64,000 nt of DNA from Takakia lepidozioides (Eukaryota; Plantae; Bryophyta). Below are positions 42,601-55,493 of the stretch, piece by piece; the first letter of the stretch is position 1; the number at the start of each line of letters is the position of its first letter. The position numbers and the translations under genes were made by a program. The notes under the pieces were generated by a model, which was not told the origin of the DNA, searched no databases, and saw only the letters and a program-made list of their open reading frames with translations. The stretch covers positions 3,286,001-3,350,000 of the forward strand of contig CM060734.1 in assembly GCA_030704615.1 (NCBI GenBank), given 5' to 3'.

Positions 42601-45600
42601 GCTATCACCAAATTCGGTGGCGAGAAGGAGATGAGGAATAGACCGCGTGCAGGACCAGGTAATGGTTCAATATGATTTCTTGGTGATGCCTTTTGCTCAC
42701 CAATGCACCAGCGACATTTTAGCACGCTGATGAACAGCCTTTTCCAGAGTGGTTGGATGCCTTTGTGATCGTGTACATCGACGACATCTTGGTGTACTCA
42801 AAAACAAAGGAGGAGCACCTGGAGCACTCAAAAGGGTGTTCCAAAAATTGCGAGAAGGGAAGTGCGTATGCCAAAGCTTCAACGTGCGAATTCGGGGTCA
42901 CAAAAGTGGAGTTCTTGGGGTCATGTGATTACACAGGATGGGATCAAATGGAGGACAGAAAGTTGAGGGCGATCTTGGACTGGGAGCCTCCGACTTCGGT
43001 CCCGGAGTGCGATCCTTTCCTAGGACTCGCCTCCTATTCCTATGTGAGAAATTTCGCCAAGATATGTGATAAATTTCGCCAGATCAGTCGGGGGCCAGTC
43101 TGTCCCGGAGTTCGATCGTCCGTTTGAGATTCATACAGATGCATCGGACTTCGCGATTGGGGGTGTACTTATGCAAGATGGACGTCCAGTGGCTTACGAA
43201 AGTAAGAAACTGAATGAAGTGGAGCGACGGTGGCCGACGCACGAAAAAGAGATGAGGCGGTGGTGGTGCATTGCCTTGAACTCTGGCGCCACTATGTTGG
43301 TTCCAACCCAGTGAAGGTGTTCACGGACAATGTCACGGTGAAGTATTTTGCCACGCAGCCCAAGTTGTCCCCAAAACAACTTAGGTGGCAAGATACTTTG
43401 GCAGTGTTCGACGTGGATATCCAGTACAAACCGGGACGGGACAATGTGGTGGCCGATGCTTTAAGTAGAAAGCAGCAGCTCTTGTTGGTGTACAAGGGCG
43501 AGACGGCGCTCCAAAGGAAGATCCGGAAGGCTTGCCGGAAGGATGAGCTGGCAAAGTCCGTGATGCAGGACTTGAGAATGGGGGTTAAATCGCAGTTCCA
43601 CTTGCAAAATGGACTGCTCCGGTATAAGCAAAAACGTCTCTACGTGCCAAAGGGAGGGATCAGAGATAGTCTCTTGAGAGAATGCCATGATAGCCCGCTT
43701 GCGGGCCACGGTGGAGCCAAGCGCACTGCGGCACTCTTGAAGAAAGAGTATTTCTGGCCCAAACTGAGGGAGGAGGCAGAGGAGTATGTCAAGACATGCA
43801 CCACATGCCAACAAAACCGGAGCGAGTACAAAAAGCAAGCGGGGCTGTTACAACCCTTGCCGATTCCAGAGGGGACTTGGGAAAGCGTCTCGATGGATTT
43901 CATGACTGCTATGCGCTGTCAAAAGGATTCGATGCAATCATGGTGGTGGTAGATAGGTTCAGTAAAATGGCCCATTTCATCCCCACCAAGGAGACGGCAA
44001 CGGCGCAGGAGACAGGGCGACTTTACTTCGCCCACGTCTTAAAGCATCATGGAGTCCCGAAGGATATTGTCTCGGACCGCGATCCAAAGTTTACGAGTAA
44101 ATTCTGGAGAGCACTTTGGAAGAAGATGGGGACGAGGCTGAAGATGAGCACCGCCTTCCGACCTACGACGGACGGCCAAACGGAAAGAGTGAATTCCGTA
44201 GTGAAGCAATTCTTGCGGAATTACGTGTCGGCAGACCAATCAGACTGGATGGAACACTTAGACGCGGCAGAGTTCTGTTATAATAACACAGAACACTCCG
44301 CGACGGGAGTTTCCCCTTTTGTGTTGGTCTATGGAAAAGCACCTCTGGTGCCGACAAGTTGGGCCGCCCAGGACGTTGAGGAACCGGCAGTAGCGGCGGT
44401 ACTGGAAGAACGCGAGCGTTTGTTGAAGCTCGCAAAGTACAACATTGCCAAAGCTAGGAAACGGTATGAAAGGCAGGCGAATCGGAAGCGGAGGGAAGTG
44501 AAGTTTGAGGCAGGCACAGAGGTCTGGTTGAACATCAAGAATTTTTGACTACCTCCGGAAGTGAGTCCGAAGTTCGTACCTCCGTATGCGGGCCCTTTCG
44601 CATTCGGAGGGTTATGAATGAGGATGTGTATGAATTGGAGCTGCCGGCAAACAGCAAGGTGCACCCAGTATTCCATGTCTCCCTTTTGAAGCCTTACTTC
44701 AAAGATGAAGCACGTCCGAATCGGCAGCAAGTGTTGCGTCCGCCACCTATGCTGTTGGATCATGAAAATGAACCTGAGTACGAGGTGGAGGCAATACTTA
44801 AGTCGAGGAGGTTCAAGAACCGAGAAACAGAGTATCTCGTCAAATGGAAGGGCTATCATCTTGTGGAGGCATCTTGGGTGCGTGCCTCAGAAATGGGAAA
44901 CGCATCCGAGGCAGTTGCAGCGTTCGAAGGGCGACCTCAAAAGCGGAAGAAACGTTGATGGGGACATCAACCTTGGAGCGTGGGGGAGGAAATGCATGCT
45001 TAGCCCGGTTTAGCTAGCTCAGGAATCCGATTGCAAAAACTTGTATTGTACAAACATTTGTTATAAAGGAAATGGGTTCCAAATATTATGCGTCCTATTG
45101 TGTTTGGAATGGTGATGCATGGTGTGTTGGCTAGTGTGTAGAATGCATGCTAGCTTACAAAAGTGGGAGAGGTAAATTGGGTAATCGTGTGTTTGCGCAG
45201 TGCCGAAATCGGGTGACTCCCATCCCAGGGGCAAGGAAACTTGCGCCTTCTTTGGGAGTTCACGTGCTAGTGCGCACCTGGCGCGTGCGCGTACTATAAC
45301 TGCGCTACCGAGGGGGTTGCCTTGTAGTGCGGGCTAACGCGGAAGCTACGTGCTTCCGTTCACGTACTATAATCGTGTAACCTCGGGACGAAGTCGTAGT
45401 GCGGCTTCGACGTGTTCCCGTACCTCAGGCCAGCATTCCAAGGCGGACCCAATTGTAGTGATTGGGGCGCACGGTTGGTTCAAGGTTATCTTCCTAGTCA
45501 AAGAGGGTTCCAGGTGAACCCTTGCTCAAGGTGATGCCAAAAGCGGCATCATGAGCGATCGCAAGCAATGTTGTTGCAGTAAGGCGATTCGATCCTCGGG

Positions 45601-46608
45601 GAGGATCGTTCCTTGGCCTTGAAGTAGGCCAAGAAGAGTGCACTGAGAGGAGCTGGAGAGGCTCCACCCTTGGCCGGGACTTGGAGGAAGTCGGCCGAAC
45701 TAGCTAGTGGAGAGTAGAGTCAAGTGTGGGGTTTGGTTCTTTGCCATGGGACGCCATGGTACAGAAACAAACTCCTTGATGTGGGACGCCACAACTTGGA
45801 TGTTCGTTTCTACAAAATGGACAAGTCGATGAGGACATCGACTCCCTGTTGGTAGGGGTGTGTGTCGCGGCCCTTTGCCTTGAGGGCAGGGGGTCGGGAC
45901 ACATCAGGGGCTGCCCTGTGGTGGGGGCAGCGGCAGCGATAGGTATGGGGGGGCTGAGCACCCTTGAGTGCCCAAGGCACTCAGGGAAGCGGAGGCGCTC
46001 ACTAGGTGGAGCCCCGCACACCGGGTTGCGGTGGGGGTGGCTCCACAAGCGGTGGGGTTGGCTCCACAAGGGGTGGTGGTAGCTTAGTGGGACTTAGTGG
46101 GGGTGGCATAGGACTCACCATGGGGGCGGAGACCTCGTGGTGGGAGTCGTGGGAGTCTTGGGACTCATCACGGTCCATAGGGGCCGTGGTGAGCGGGCCA
46201 AGACTCACCGCGACTCACCACCGGGAGTCGAGGGTTTTCGTGGTGGTTCGCCATAAAATGGCATGGCTGGTTGTGGAACCCCCGCGGACAGCTACAGAAG
46301 TATATATAGGGAGTAGTAACCCCGAGAACGGTGCAAGCCCGTTGGTGACCAAAAACTAGTGAGTAAGCGAGCGAGCCGGAAAGCGACCAAAGAGTGGGGA
46401 GCTGTTCCGGACTGCCATCTACCAAAGGGAATTCTCCTAGTCCCAAAGAGGTGGAGGGTTTAGAAGGAAGCGAAGGGGGGACCGTTATGTCCCGGTGAGC
46501 AGCCGAAGCTCCAAGTTGGCCCGGGCGGCCAGGTTGGGAGTCAGGCGCGCGCATCAAAGCGAGTAACTATGACTTGAAAGGGAGCTTACCGGAGTGAGGT
46601 GCGCGACA
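39637..46608 (+). mobile_element. Full-length Ty3/Gypsy chromovirus inserted in the satellite; LTRs 39637-40376 and 45863-46608; TSD TGGATG
   Basis: TGTCGCG...CGCGACA LTRs; PBS TGGTATCAGAGC (tRNA-iMet) at 40379-40390; PPT GGTAGGGG before 45863; TGGATG at 39631-39636 and 46609-46614. Confidence 0.95.
40433..44958 (+). pseudogene. Chromovirus gag-pol: zinc knuckle, protease, RT, RNase H, integrase, chromodomain
   Basis: CFNCGEPGHMATKC (~41500), LLVDTGASH, VYIDDIL, IHTDASDFAIG, ECHDSPLAGHGG...CTTC, VSMDF, SDRD, TDGQTER, and chromodomain EYEVEAIL...YLVKWKGY...SW (44776-44930). Confidence 0.92.
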
Positions 46609-48270
46609 TGGATGGGCAACCATCCGTTCACCCGTTGAATGTATTTTGTTGGAGCTGCCATTGCTTTGGGACCTGTTGGACTGTGTTTCGCGTGCTCACG
46701 ATTTGTTTTTCATTCCGTTTTTGAATGGGGCGTGTAATGTAGCCATATGCAATGTGCGTGCCAAATTTGGGAGCGATCAAAATTCATTTGGACCCAAAAC
46801 CACAGTTTCTTCCCTGTTTTGCACTCCAAACTTGATTTGGCGTTCTACTTCATGCACTCTTCATAGAGAGTTCTGCAATAGTGAGCGAAAAGAGAACACC
46901 TTTTTTGGGGGGGCATTTTTGATTGGTCCAAATTTTGGCGGGGGAGTAGCCGTGGGATGCTGGAAGCCGCAGAACAAAATTGAGCCAAAAACGAAATCGA
47001 TACGTGCCAGAAACCCCCACTGAAAGGCAATGCAAACCTATTTATTGGCTTAAAATAGATTTGAATTCAATTTAAAATGTGGGATGGCTTGAGGGGGGAG
47101 CGCGTCGATGGGGAGGCAAATGATTTATTCGTCTGTTGTGTCTCCGCACACGTGTTCAAGCACGTGCGGGCAAAAGAGGGGCTTCAACCACAACCGTTCA
47201 ATGGGTGCAATTGGCCTGCACGCATTGAACAAAAACCAGATGACAAGTGAACGCCTCATTGGACCATGGAACGATTTTCGATTGATCTCGTATTACACTG
47301 GGACGTATCAGAGGGTGTACATTGAACACACTGGCCAAGGTTTGAAAGCGAACGAAAATCATTTGGATGGGCAACCATCCGTTGGCCCATTGAACGAATT
47401 TCGATTGATCTCATATTACTCTGGGGCCTCTTACGTGGCACATTGAACATAGTGGCCAAGTCTCCAAGCGAACCAAAATCATTTCGATGGCCAACCATCC
47501 GTTGAGCCATCGAATGAATTTTCGATTGATCTGATATTAGTCCGGGACCTGTGAGAGGGTGTCTGGAACGTGCTGGCAAAGTTTGGAAGCTAACAAAAAT
47601 GATTTGGATGGGCAACCATCCGTTCACCCGTTGAATGTATTTTGTTGGAGATGCTATTGCTTTGGGACCTGTTGGACTGTGTTTCGCGTGCTCACGATTT
47701 GTTTTTCGTTCCGTTTTTTAATGGGGCGTGTAATGTAGCCATATGCAATGTGCGTGCCAAATTTGGGAGCGATCAAAATTCATTTGGACCCAAAACCACA
47801 GTTTCTTCCCTGTTTTGCACTCCAAACTTGATTTGGCGTTCTACTTCATGCACTCTTCATAGAGAGTTCTGCAATAGTGAGCGAAAAGAGAACACCTTTT
47901 TTGGGGGGGCATTTTTGATTGGTCCAAATTTTGGCGGGGGAGTAGCCGTGGGATGCAGGAAGCCATCGAATGAATTTTCGATTGATCTGATATTAGTCCG
48001 GGACCTGAGAGAGGGTGTCTGGAACGTGCTGGCAAAGTTTGGAAGCTAACAAAAATGATTTGGATGGGCAACCATCCGTTCACCCGTTCAATGTATTTTG
48101 TTGGAGCTGCTATCGCTTTGGGACCTGTTGGACTGTGTTTCGCGTGCTCACGATTTGTTTTTCATTCCGTTTTTGAATAGGGCGTGTGATGTAGCCATAT
48201 GCAATGTGCGTGCCAAATTTGGGAGCGATCAAAATTCATTTGGACCCAAAACCACAGTTTCTTCCCTGTT
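46609..48270 (+). repeat. ~1-kb satellite, block 2 (internal deletion at ~47960)
   Basis: Continues the monomer interrupted at 39636. Confidence 0.92.
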
Positions 48271-51200
48271 TATAAAGAGTGCATGAAGTAGAATGCCAAA
48301 TCAAGTTAGGAGTGAACGGATGGTTGCCCATCCAAATCATTTTTGTTAGCTTCCAAACTTTGCCAGCACGTTCCAGACACCCTCTCACAGGTCCCGGACT
48401 AATATCAGATCAATCGAAAATTCATTCGATGGCTCAACGGATGGTTGGCCATCGAAATGATTTTGGTTCGCTTCGAGACTTGGCCACTATGTTCAACGTG
48501 CCATGTAAGAGGCCCCAGAGTAATATGAGATCAATCGAAATTCGTTCAATGGGCCAACGGATGGTTGCCCATCCAAATGATTTTCGTTCGCTTTCAAACC
48601 TTGGCCGGTGTGTTCAATGTACACCCTCTGATACGTCCCAGTGTAATACGAGATCAATCGAAAATCGTTCCATTGTCCAACGAGGCGTTCACTTGTCATC
48701 TGGTTTTTTTTCAATGCGAAAAAGAAATCCTGCAATGTGTGCAGGCCAATTGCACCCATTGAACGGTTGTGGTTGAAGCCCCTCTTTTGCCCGCACGTGC
48801 TTGAACACGTGTGCGGAGACACAACAGACGAATAAATCATTTGCCTCCCCATCGACACGCTCCCCCCTCAAGCCATCCCACATTTTTAATTGAATTTAAA
48901 TCTATTTTAAGCCAAATAAATAGGTTTGCACTGCCTTTCAGTGGGGGTTTCTGGCACGTATCGATTTCGTTTTTGGCTCAATTTTGTTCTGCGGCTTCCA
49001 GCATCCCACGGCTACTCCCCCGCCAAAATTTGGACCAATCAAAAATGCCCCCCCAAAAAAGGTGTTCTTTTTTTCGCTCACTATTGCAGAACTCTCTATG
49101 AAGAGTGCATGAAGTAGAACGCCAAATCAAGTTTGGAGTGCAAAACAGGGAAGAAACTGTGGTTTTGGGTCCAAATGAATTTTGATCGCTCCCAGATTTG
49201 GCACGCACATTGCATATGGCTACATCACACGCCCCATTCAAAAACGGAATGAAAAACAAATCGTGAGCACGCGAAACACAGTCCAACAGGTCCCAAAGCA
49301 ATAGCAGCTCCAACAAAATACATTCAACGGGTGAACGGATGGTTGCCCATCCAAATCATTTTTGTTAGCTTCCAAACTTTGCCAGCACGTTCCAGACACC
49401 CTCTCACAGGTCCCGGACTAATATCAGATCAATCGAAAATTCATTCGATGGCTCAACGGATGGTTGGCCATCGAAATGATTTTGGTTCGCTTCGAGACTT
49501 GGCCACTATGTTCAACGTGCCATGTAAGAGGCCCCAGAGTAATATGAGATCAATCGAAATTCGTTCAATGGGCCAACGGATGGTTGCCCATCCAAATGAT
49601 TTTCGTTCGTTTTCAAACCTTGGCCGGTGTGTTCAATGTACACCCTCTGATACGTCCCAGTGTAATACAAGATCAATCGAAAATCGTTCCATTGTCCAAC
49701 GAGGCGTTCACTTGTCATCTGGTTTTTGTTCAATGCGAAAAAGAAATCCTGCAATGCGTGCAGGCCAATTGCACCCATTGAACGGTTGTGGTTGAAGCCC
49801 CTATTTTGCCCGCACGTGCTTGAACACGTGTGCGGAGACACAACAGACGAATAAATCATTTGCCTCCCCATCGACGCGCTCCCCCCTCAAGCCATTCCAC
49901 ATTTTTAATTGAATTTAAATCTATTTTAAGCCAATAAATAGGTTTGCACTGCCTTTCAGTGGGGGTTTCTGGCACGTATCGATTTGGTTTTTGGCTCAAT
50001 TTTGTTCTGCGGCTTCCAGCATCCCAAGGCTACTCCCCCGCCAAAATTTGGACCAATCAAAAATGCCCCCCCAAAAAAGGTATTCTCTTTTTCGCTCACT
50101 ATTGCAGAACTCCTCTACGAAGAGTGCATGAAGTAGAACGCCAAATCAAGTTTGGAGTGCAAAAAAGGGAAGAAACTGTGGTTTTGGGTCCAAATGAATT
50201 TTGATCGCTCCCAAATTTGGCACGCACATTGCATATGGCTACATCACACGCCCCATTCAAATACGGAATGAAAAACAAATCGTGAGCACGCGAAACACAG
50301 TCCAACAGGTCCCAAAGCAATAGCAGCTCCAACAAAATACATTCAACGGGTGAACGGATGGTTGCCCATCCAAATCATTTTTGTTAGCTTCCAAACTTTG
50401 CCAGCACGTTCCAGACACCCTCTCACAGGTCCCGGACTAATATCAGATCAATCGAAAATTCATTCGATGGCTCAACGGATGGTTGGCCATCGAAATGATT
50501 TTGGTTCGCTTCGAGACTTGGCCACTATGTTCAACGTGCCATGTAAGAGGCCCCTGAGTAATATGAGATCAATCGAAATTTGTTCAATGGGCCAACGGAT
50601 GGTTGCCCATCCAAATGATTTTCGTTCGCTTTCAAACCTTGGCCGGTGTGTTCAATGTACACCCTCTGATACGTCCCAGTGTAATACAAGATCAATCGAA
50701 AATCGTTCCATTGTCCAACGAGGCGTTCACTTGTCATCTGGTTTTTGTTCAATGCGAAAAAGAAATCCTGCAATGCGTGCAGGCCAATTGCACCCATTGA
50801 ACGGTTGTGGTTGAAGCCCCTCTTTTGCCCGCACGTGCTTGAACACGTGTGCGGAGACACAACAGACGAATAAATCATTTGCCTCCCCATCGACGCGCTC
50901 CCCCCTCAAGCCATTCCACATTTTTAATTGAATTTAAATCTATTTTAAGCCAATAAATAGGTTTGCACTGCCTTTCAGTGGGGGTTTCTGGCACGGATCG
51001 ATTTCGTTTTTGGCTCAATTTTGTTCTGCGGCTTCCAGCATCCCACGGCTACTCCCCCGCCAAAATTTGGACCAATCAAAAATGCCCCCCCAAAAAAGGT
51101 GTTCTTTTTTTCGCTCACTATTGCATAACTCCTCTATGAAGAGTGCATGAAGTAGAACGCCAAATCAAGTTTGGAGTGCAAAACAGGGAAGAAACTGTGG

Positions 51201-53406
51201 TTTTGGGTCCAAATGAATTTGATCGCTCCCAGATTTGGCACGCACATTGCATATGGCTACATCACACGCCCCATTCAAAAACGGAATGAAAAACAAATCG
51301 TGAGCACGCGAAACACAGTCCAACAGGTCCCAAAGCAATAGCAGCTCCAACAAAATACATTCAACGGGTGAACGGATGGTTGCCCATCCAAATCATTTTT
51401 GTTAGCTTCCAAACTTTGCCAGCACGTTCCAGACACCCTCCCACAGGTCCCGGACTAATATCAGATCAATCGAAAATTCATTCGATGGCTCAACGGATGG
51501 TTGGCCATCGAAATGATTTTGGTTCGCCTCGAGACTTGGCCACTATGTTCAACGTGCCATGTAAGAGGCCCCTGAGTAATATGAGATCAATCGAAATTTG
51601 TTCAATGGGCCAACGGATGGTTGCCCATCCAAATGATTTTCGTTCGCTTTCAAACCTTGGCCGGTGTGTTCAATGTACACCCTCTGATACGTCCCAGTGT
51701 AATACGAGATCAATCGAAAATCGTTCCATTGTCCAACGAGGCGTTCACTTGTCATCTGGTTTTTGTTCAATGCGAAAAAGAAATCCTGCAATGCGTGCAG
51801 GCCAATTGCACCCATTGAACGGTTGTGGTTGAAGCCCCTCTTTTGCCCGCACGTGCTTGAACACGTGTGCGGAGACACAACAGACGAATAAATCATTTGC
51901 CTCCCCATCGACGCGCTCCCCCCTCAAGCCATTCCACATTTTTAATTGAATTTAAATCTATTTTAAGCCAATAAATAGGTTTGCACTGCCTTTCAGTGGG
52001 GGTTTCTGGCACGGATCGATTTCGTTTTTGGCTCAATTTTGTTCTGCGGCTTCCAGCATCCCACGGCTACTCCCCCGCCAAAATTTGGACCAATCAAAAA
52101 TGCCCCCCCAAAAAAGGTGTTCTTTTTTTCGCTCACTATTGCAAAACTCCTCTATGAAGAGTGCATGAAGTAGAACGCCAAATCAAGTTTGGAGTGCAAA
52201 ACAGGGAAGAAACTGTGGTTTTGGGTCCAAATGAATTTTGATCGCTCCCAGATTTGGCACGCACATTGCATATGGCTACATCACACGCCCCATTCAAAAA
52301 CGGAATGAAAAACAAATCGTGAGCACGCGAAACACAGTCCAACAGGTCCCAAAGCAATAGCAGCTCCAACAAAATACATTCAACGGGTGAACGGATGGTT
52401 GCCCATCCAAATCATTTTTGTTAGCTTCCAAACTTTGCCAGCACGTTCCAGACACCCTCTCACAGGTCCCGGACTAATATCAGATCAATCGAAAATTCAT
52501 TCGATGGCTCAACGGATGGTTGGCCATCGAAATGATTTTGGTTCGCCTCGAGACTTGGCCACTATGTTCAACGTGCCATGTAAGAGGCCCCTGAGTAATA
52601 TGAGATCAATCGAAATTTGTTCAATGGGCCAACGGATGGTTGCCCATCCAAATGATTTTCGTTCGCTTTCAAACCTTGGCCGGTGTGTTCAATGTACACC
52701 CTCTGATACGTCCCAGTGTAATACGAGATCAATCGAAAATCGTTCCATTGTCCAACGAGGCGTTCACTTGTCATCTGGTTTTTGTTCAATGCGAAAAAGA
52801 AATCCTGCAATGCGTGCAGGCCAATTGCACCCATTGAACGGTTGTGGTTGAAGCCCCTCTTTTGCCCGCACGTGCTTGAACACGTGTGCGGAGACACAAC
52901 AGACGAATAAATCATTTGCCTCCCCATCGACGCGCTCCCCCTCAAGCCATTCCACATTTTTAATTGAATTTAAATCTATTTTAAGCCAATAAATAGGTTT
53001 GCACTGCCTTTCAGTGGGGGTTTCTGGCACGGATCGATTTCGTTTTTGGCTCAATTTTGTTCTGCGGCTTCCAGCATCCCACGGCTACTCCCCCGCCAAA
53101 ATTTGGACCAATCAAAAATGCCCCCCCAAAAAAGGTGTTCTTTTTTTCGCTCACTATTGCAAAACTCCTCTATGAAGAGTGCATGAAGTAGAACGCCAAA
53201 TCAAGTTTGGAGTGCAAAACAGGGAAGAAACTGTGGTTTTGGGTCCAAATGAATTTTGATCGCTCCCAGATTTGGCACGCACATTGCATATGGCTACATC
53301 ACATGCCCCATTCAAAAACGGAATGAAAAACAAATCGTGAGCACGCGAAACACAGTCCAACAGGTCCCAAAGCAATAGCAGCTCCAACAAAATACATTCA
53401 ACGGGT
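48271..53406 (-). repeat. ~1018-1019-bp satellite, block 3, inverted orientation (~5 monomers)
   Basis: Equivalent ORF starts at 49331, 50350, 51368 and 52387. Confidence 0.95.
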
Positions 53407-53929
53407 TGTCGTGCGCATACATATCGCTACACAACTACATCGCTGTCCAAACCACACCACACATATATGCACAATAAAGTAGTCTACCACAATAGATAAG
53501 AAAACTCAAAACACATTGTTCACACAAAATATGAAATCCATCAACATCACTCTTTAATATAATAGTCGAGCCAGGGGCACCCCAAGCTATGGGGACTCCA
53601 CCTCACAACAACCTATACCCCTACATAAGAACACTCAGATTCTAAAGCATGTAGGAGCTCGGTCACGCAGGCTCAACTCGAGAGAGATGAGCCGCGCGAC
53701 TGCCGCTCTCGTGAAGATAAGACGGACCAGGTGTCAAACTAAACTTGACACCTGATTTAACACTTGACCTAAATCCAAGTGTTAAATACAAATAACTAGT
53801 TTTATGCTAGCTGTTTTCACACTGTGCTTATTTAACTTGACAGCTGTCGTGCGCATACATATCGCTACACAACTACATCGCTGTCCAAACCACACCACAC
53901 ATATATGCACAATAAAGTAGTCTACCACA
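53407..53929 (-). repeat. 3' LTR with identical 85-bp direct repeats at both ends (53407-53491, 53845-53929)
   Basis: TGTCGTGCGCATAC...AGTCTACCACA occurs twice, 438 bp apart. Confidence 0.8.
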
Positions 53930-54188
53930 ATCGCCCCCCTAGCTGGTGGATAGGTCCCTCTACTTCCAGATAGCTACAAGACGTAATAGCCATAGCCGTA
54001 CTAAGTCCTCTATCACTGTCCCTATCGTACTCAAACTCTATAGACCAAGAGGCCGGGTACAAGAGTAGCCCCATCGTTAGTCGCCGTCTTGCAATCTGTG
54101 AACTTGAGCCAGGACTTCGTGTATTCAAGGTCCCCTGTAGCTGGGCCTTGCGTTGCTTGTTAGCCTCCCATGGTTGTATCCACTCCCA

Positions 54189-55481
54189 CTATCCAATGCA
54201 TTGTGGACATAACCAATCCCCATCTGGAACCATCTCAAGAGGTGGAGTCAAGCACCCCATATGCCAACCTCTAGAGCATCGATCACACACCAGCATGGTG
54301 GCTGCCCCTTTAGCAGACCCACACAACATGCACCTCAAACCTACAGATACCACTGCCAGGTTTGGGTCAATCCTGCCATCGACATTCGGAAGGTGACATG
54401 GCGCACAATTACGCACATGGTCCTTCCAAGTTATGCCATCCCGACCCTCCAAGACCAAGACGCCTGAGGGCAAGGCCTCTCGAACCCTCAAAATAACACG
54501 TCCTGCAGTCACATCCAGGGTCGTAGGAGCAGTCTGCTGCAGATAGACATAGTCACCAGGGTTGAATCTCCGAACCCCAGGACGATAGCCCCCACCACGT
54601 ATGGTAGCATACCTCAACGTATCACGGTGTTGTGCAATGGCAAGGTTCTCGAAAGCCATGGGCATGACTCTCTTGAACAACTCTGCACGCTGCTCACATG
54701 CACGTGCCCATATGTCCGGATCGTCAAGGTTAAGAACTGTAGCAGCTTCTCTGCGAATGGATGTAGGCAAATCCGGCTCTCGGCCAAAGAGAAGAAAGTA
54801 TGGTGAGAAGGAGGCAAGTGATGCTTGCTTGCTGAACCTGTAGCCCATGGCTAACCAGGGTAACTGAAGGTCCCAATCTCCTAGGTGTCCCTTCTGCAAG
54901 CCATACTTGCGCAAACCCCTCTTTACTGTCTGAACAACTCTCTCTGCCAAGCCATCGGCCTCAGGATGATCCCGAGAAGTGGTGCGGTGGTCTATCAAGG
55001 CCTTGTCACACAAAGCCTGAAACTCCCCCAAGAACTCTCTCCCTTGGTCCGTGAGTACCTCAGCTGGAGCACCGAATCGGCTAAGCACACAATCCAAGAA
55101 TGCATACGCAGCTCCCTCACTAGCCTTATCAGGCAATGGAACCAATTCAATCCACTTGGAGAAGTGCTCCACCATCACCAACACGTACTTGTTGTGGCGC
55201 ATGGTCAGTGGCAACGGCCCTGCGAAGTCAAGACTCCACCTGTAGCCCAATCCCATGATCGGAAGAGGGTGCAATTGTGGAGTAGGGGCGTTGAATGAAG
55301 CACGCACCCTGTCACACACCATGCACCTAGCCACAAATTGTTGCACCTCTGTGTGCATACCACGCCACCAATACTGCCCCTGCAGTAGACTATGAGTGCG
55401 TCGCACCCCAAAATGCCCCAACTCCTCGTGGGCATGCCGCACTAACCGTGCCCGCTGTGTTGGGTGAGGCACAATCCTCAC
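54189..55481 (-). CDS. Integrase with C-terminal PHD finger (54198-54332)
   Basis: HEELGHFG...CMVC, WSLDFAGP, TDQGREF, ADGLAER, then CMLC-x11-CDRC-x4-HMGC-x14-CPQC (C4HC3) with W two residues before Cys7. Confidence 0.92.
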   Translation of the reverse strand: MRIVPHPTQRARLVRHAHEELGHFGVRRTHSLLQGQYWWRGMHTEVQQFVARCMVCDRVRASFNAPTPQLHPLPIMGLGYRWSLDFAGPLPLTMRHNKYVLVMVEHFSKWIELVPLPDKASEGAAYAFLDCVLSRFGAPAEVLTDQGREFLGEFQALCDKALIDHRTTSRDHPEADGLAERVVQTVKRGLRKYGLQKGHLGDWDLQLPWLAMGYRFSKQASLASFSPYFLLFGREPDLPTSIRREAATVLNLDDPDIWARACEQRAELFKRVMPMAFENLAIAQHRDTLRYATIRGGGYRPGVRRFNPGDYVYLQQTAPTTLDVTAGRVILRVREALPSGVLVLEGRDGITWKDHVRNCAPCHLPNVDGRIDPNLAVVSVGLRCMLCGSAKGAATMLVCDRCSRGWHMGCLTPPLEMVPDGDWLCPQCIG

Positions 55482-55493
55482 TCGACCATCCTC

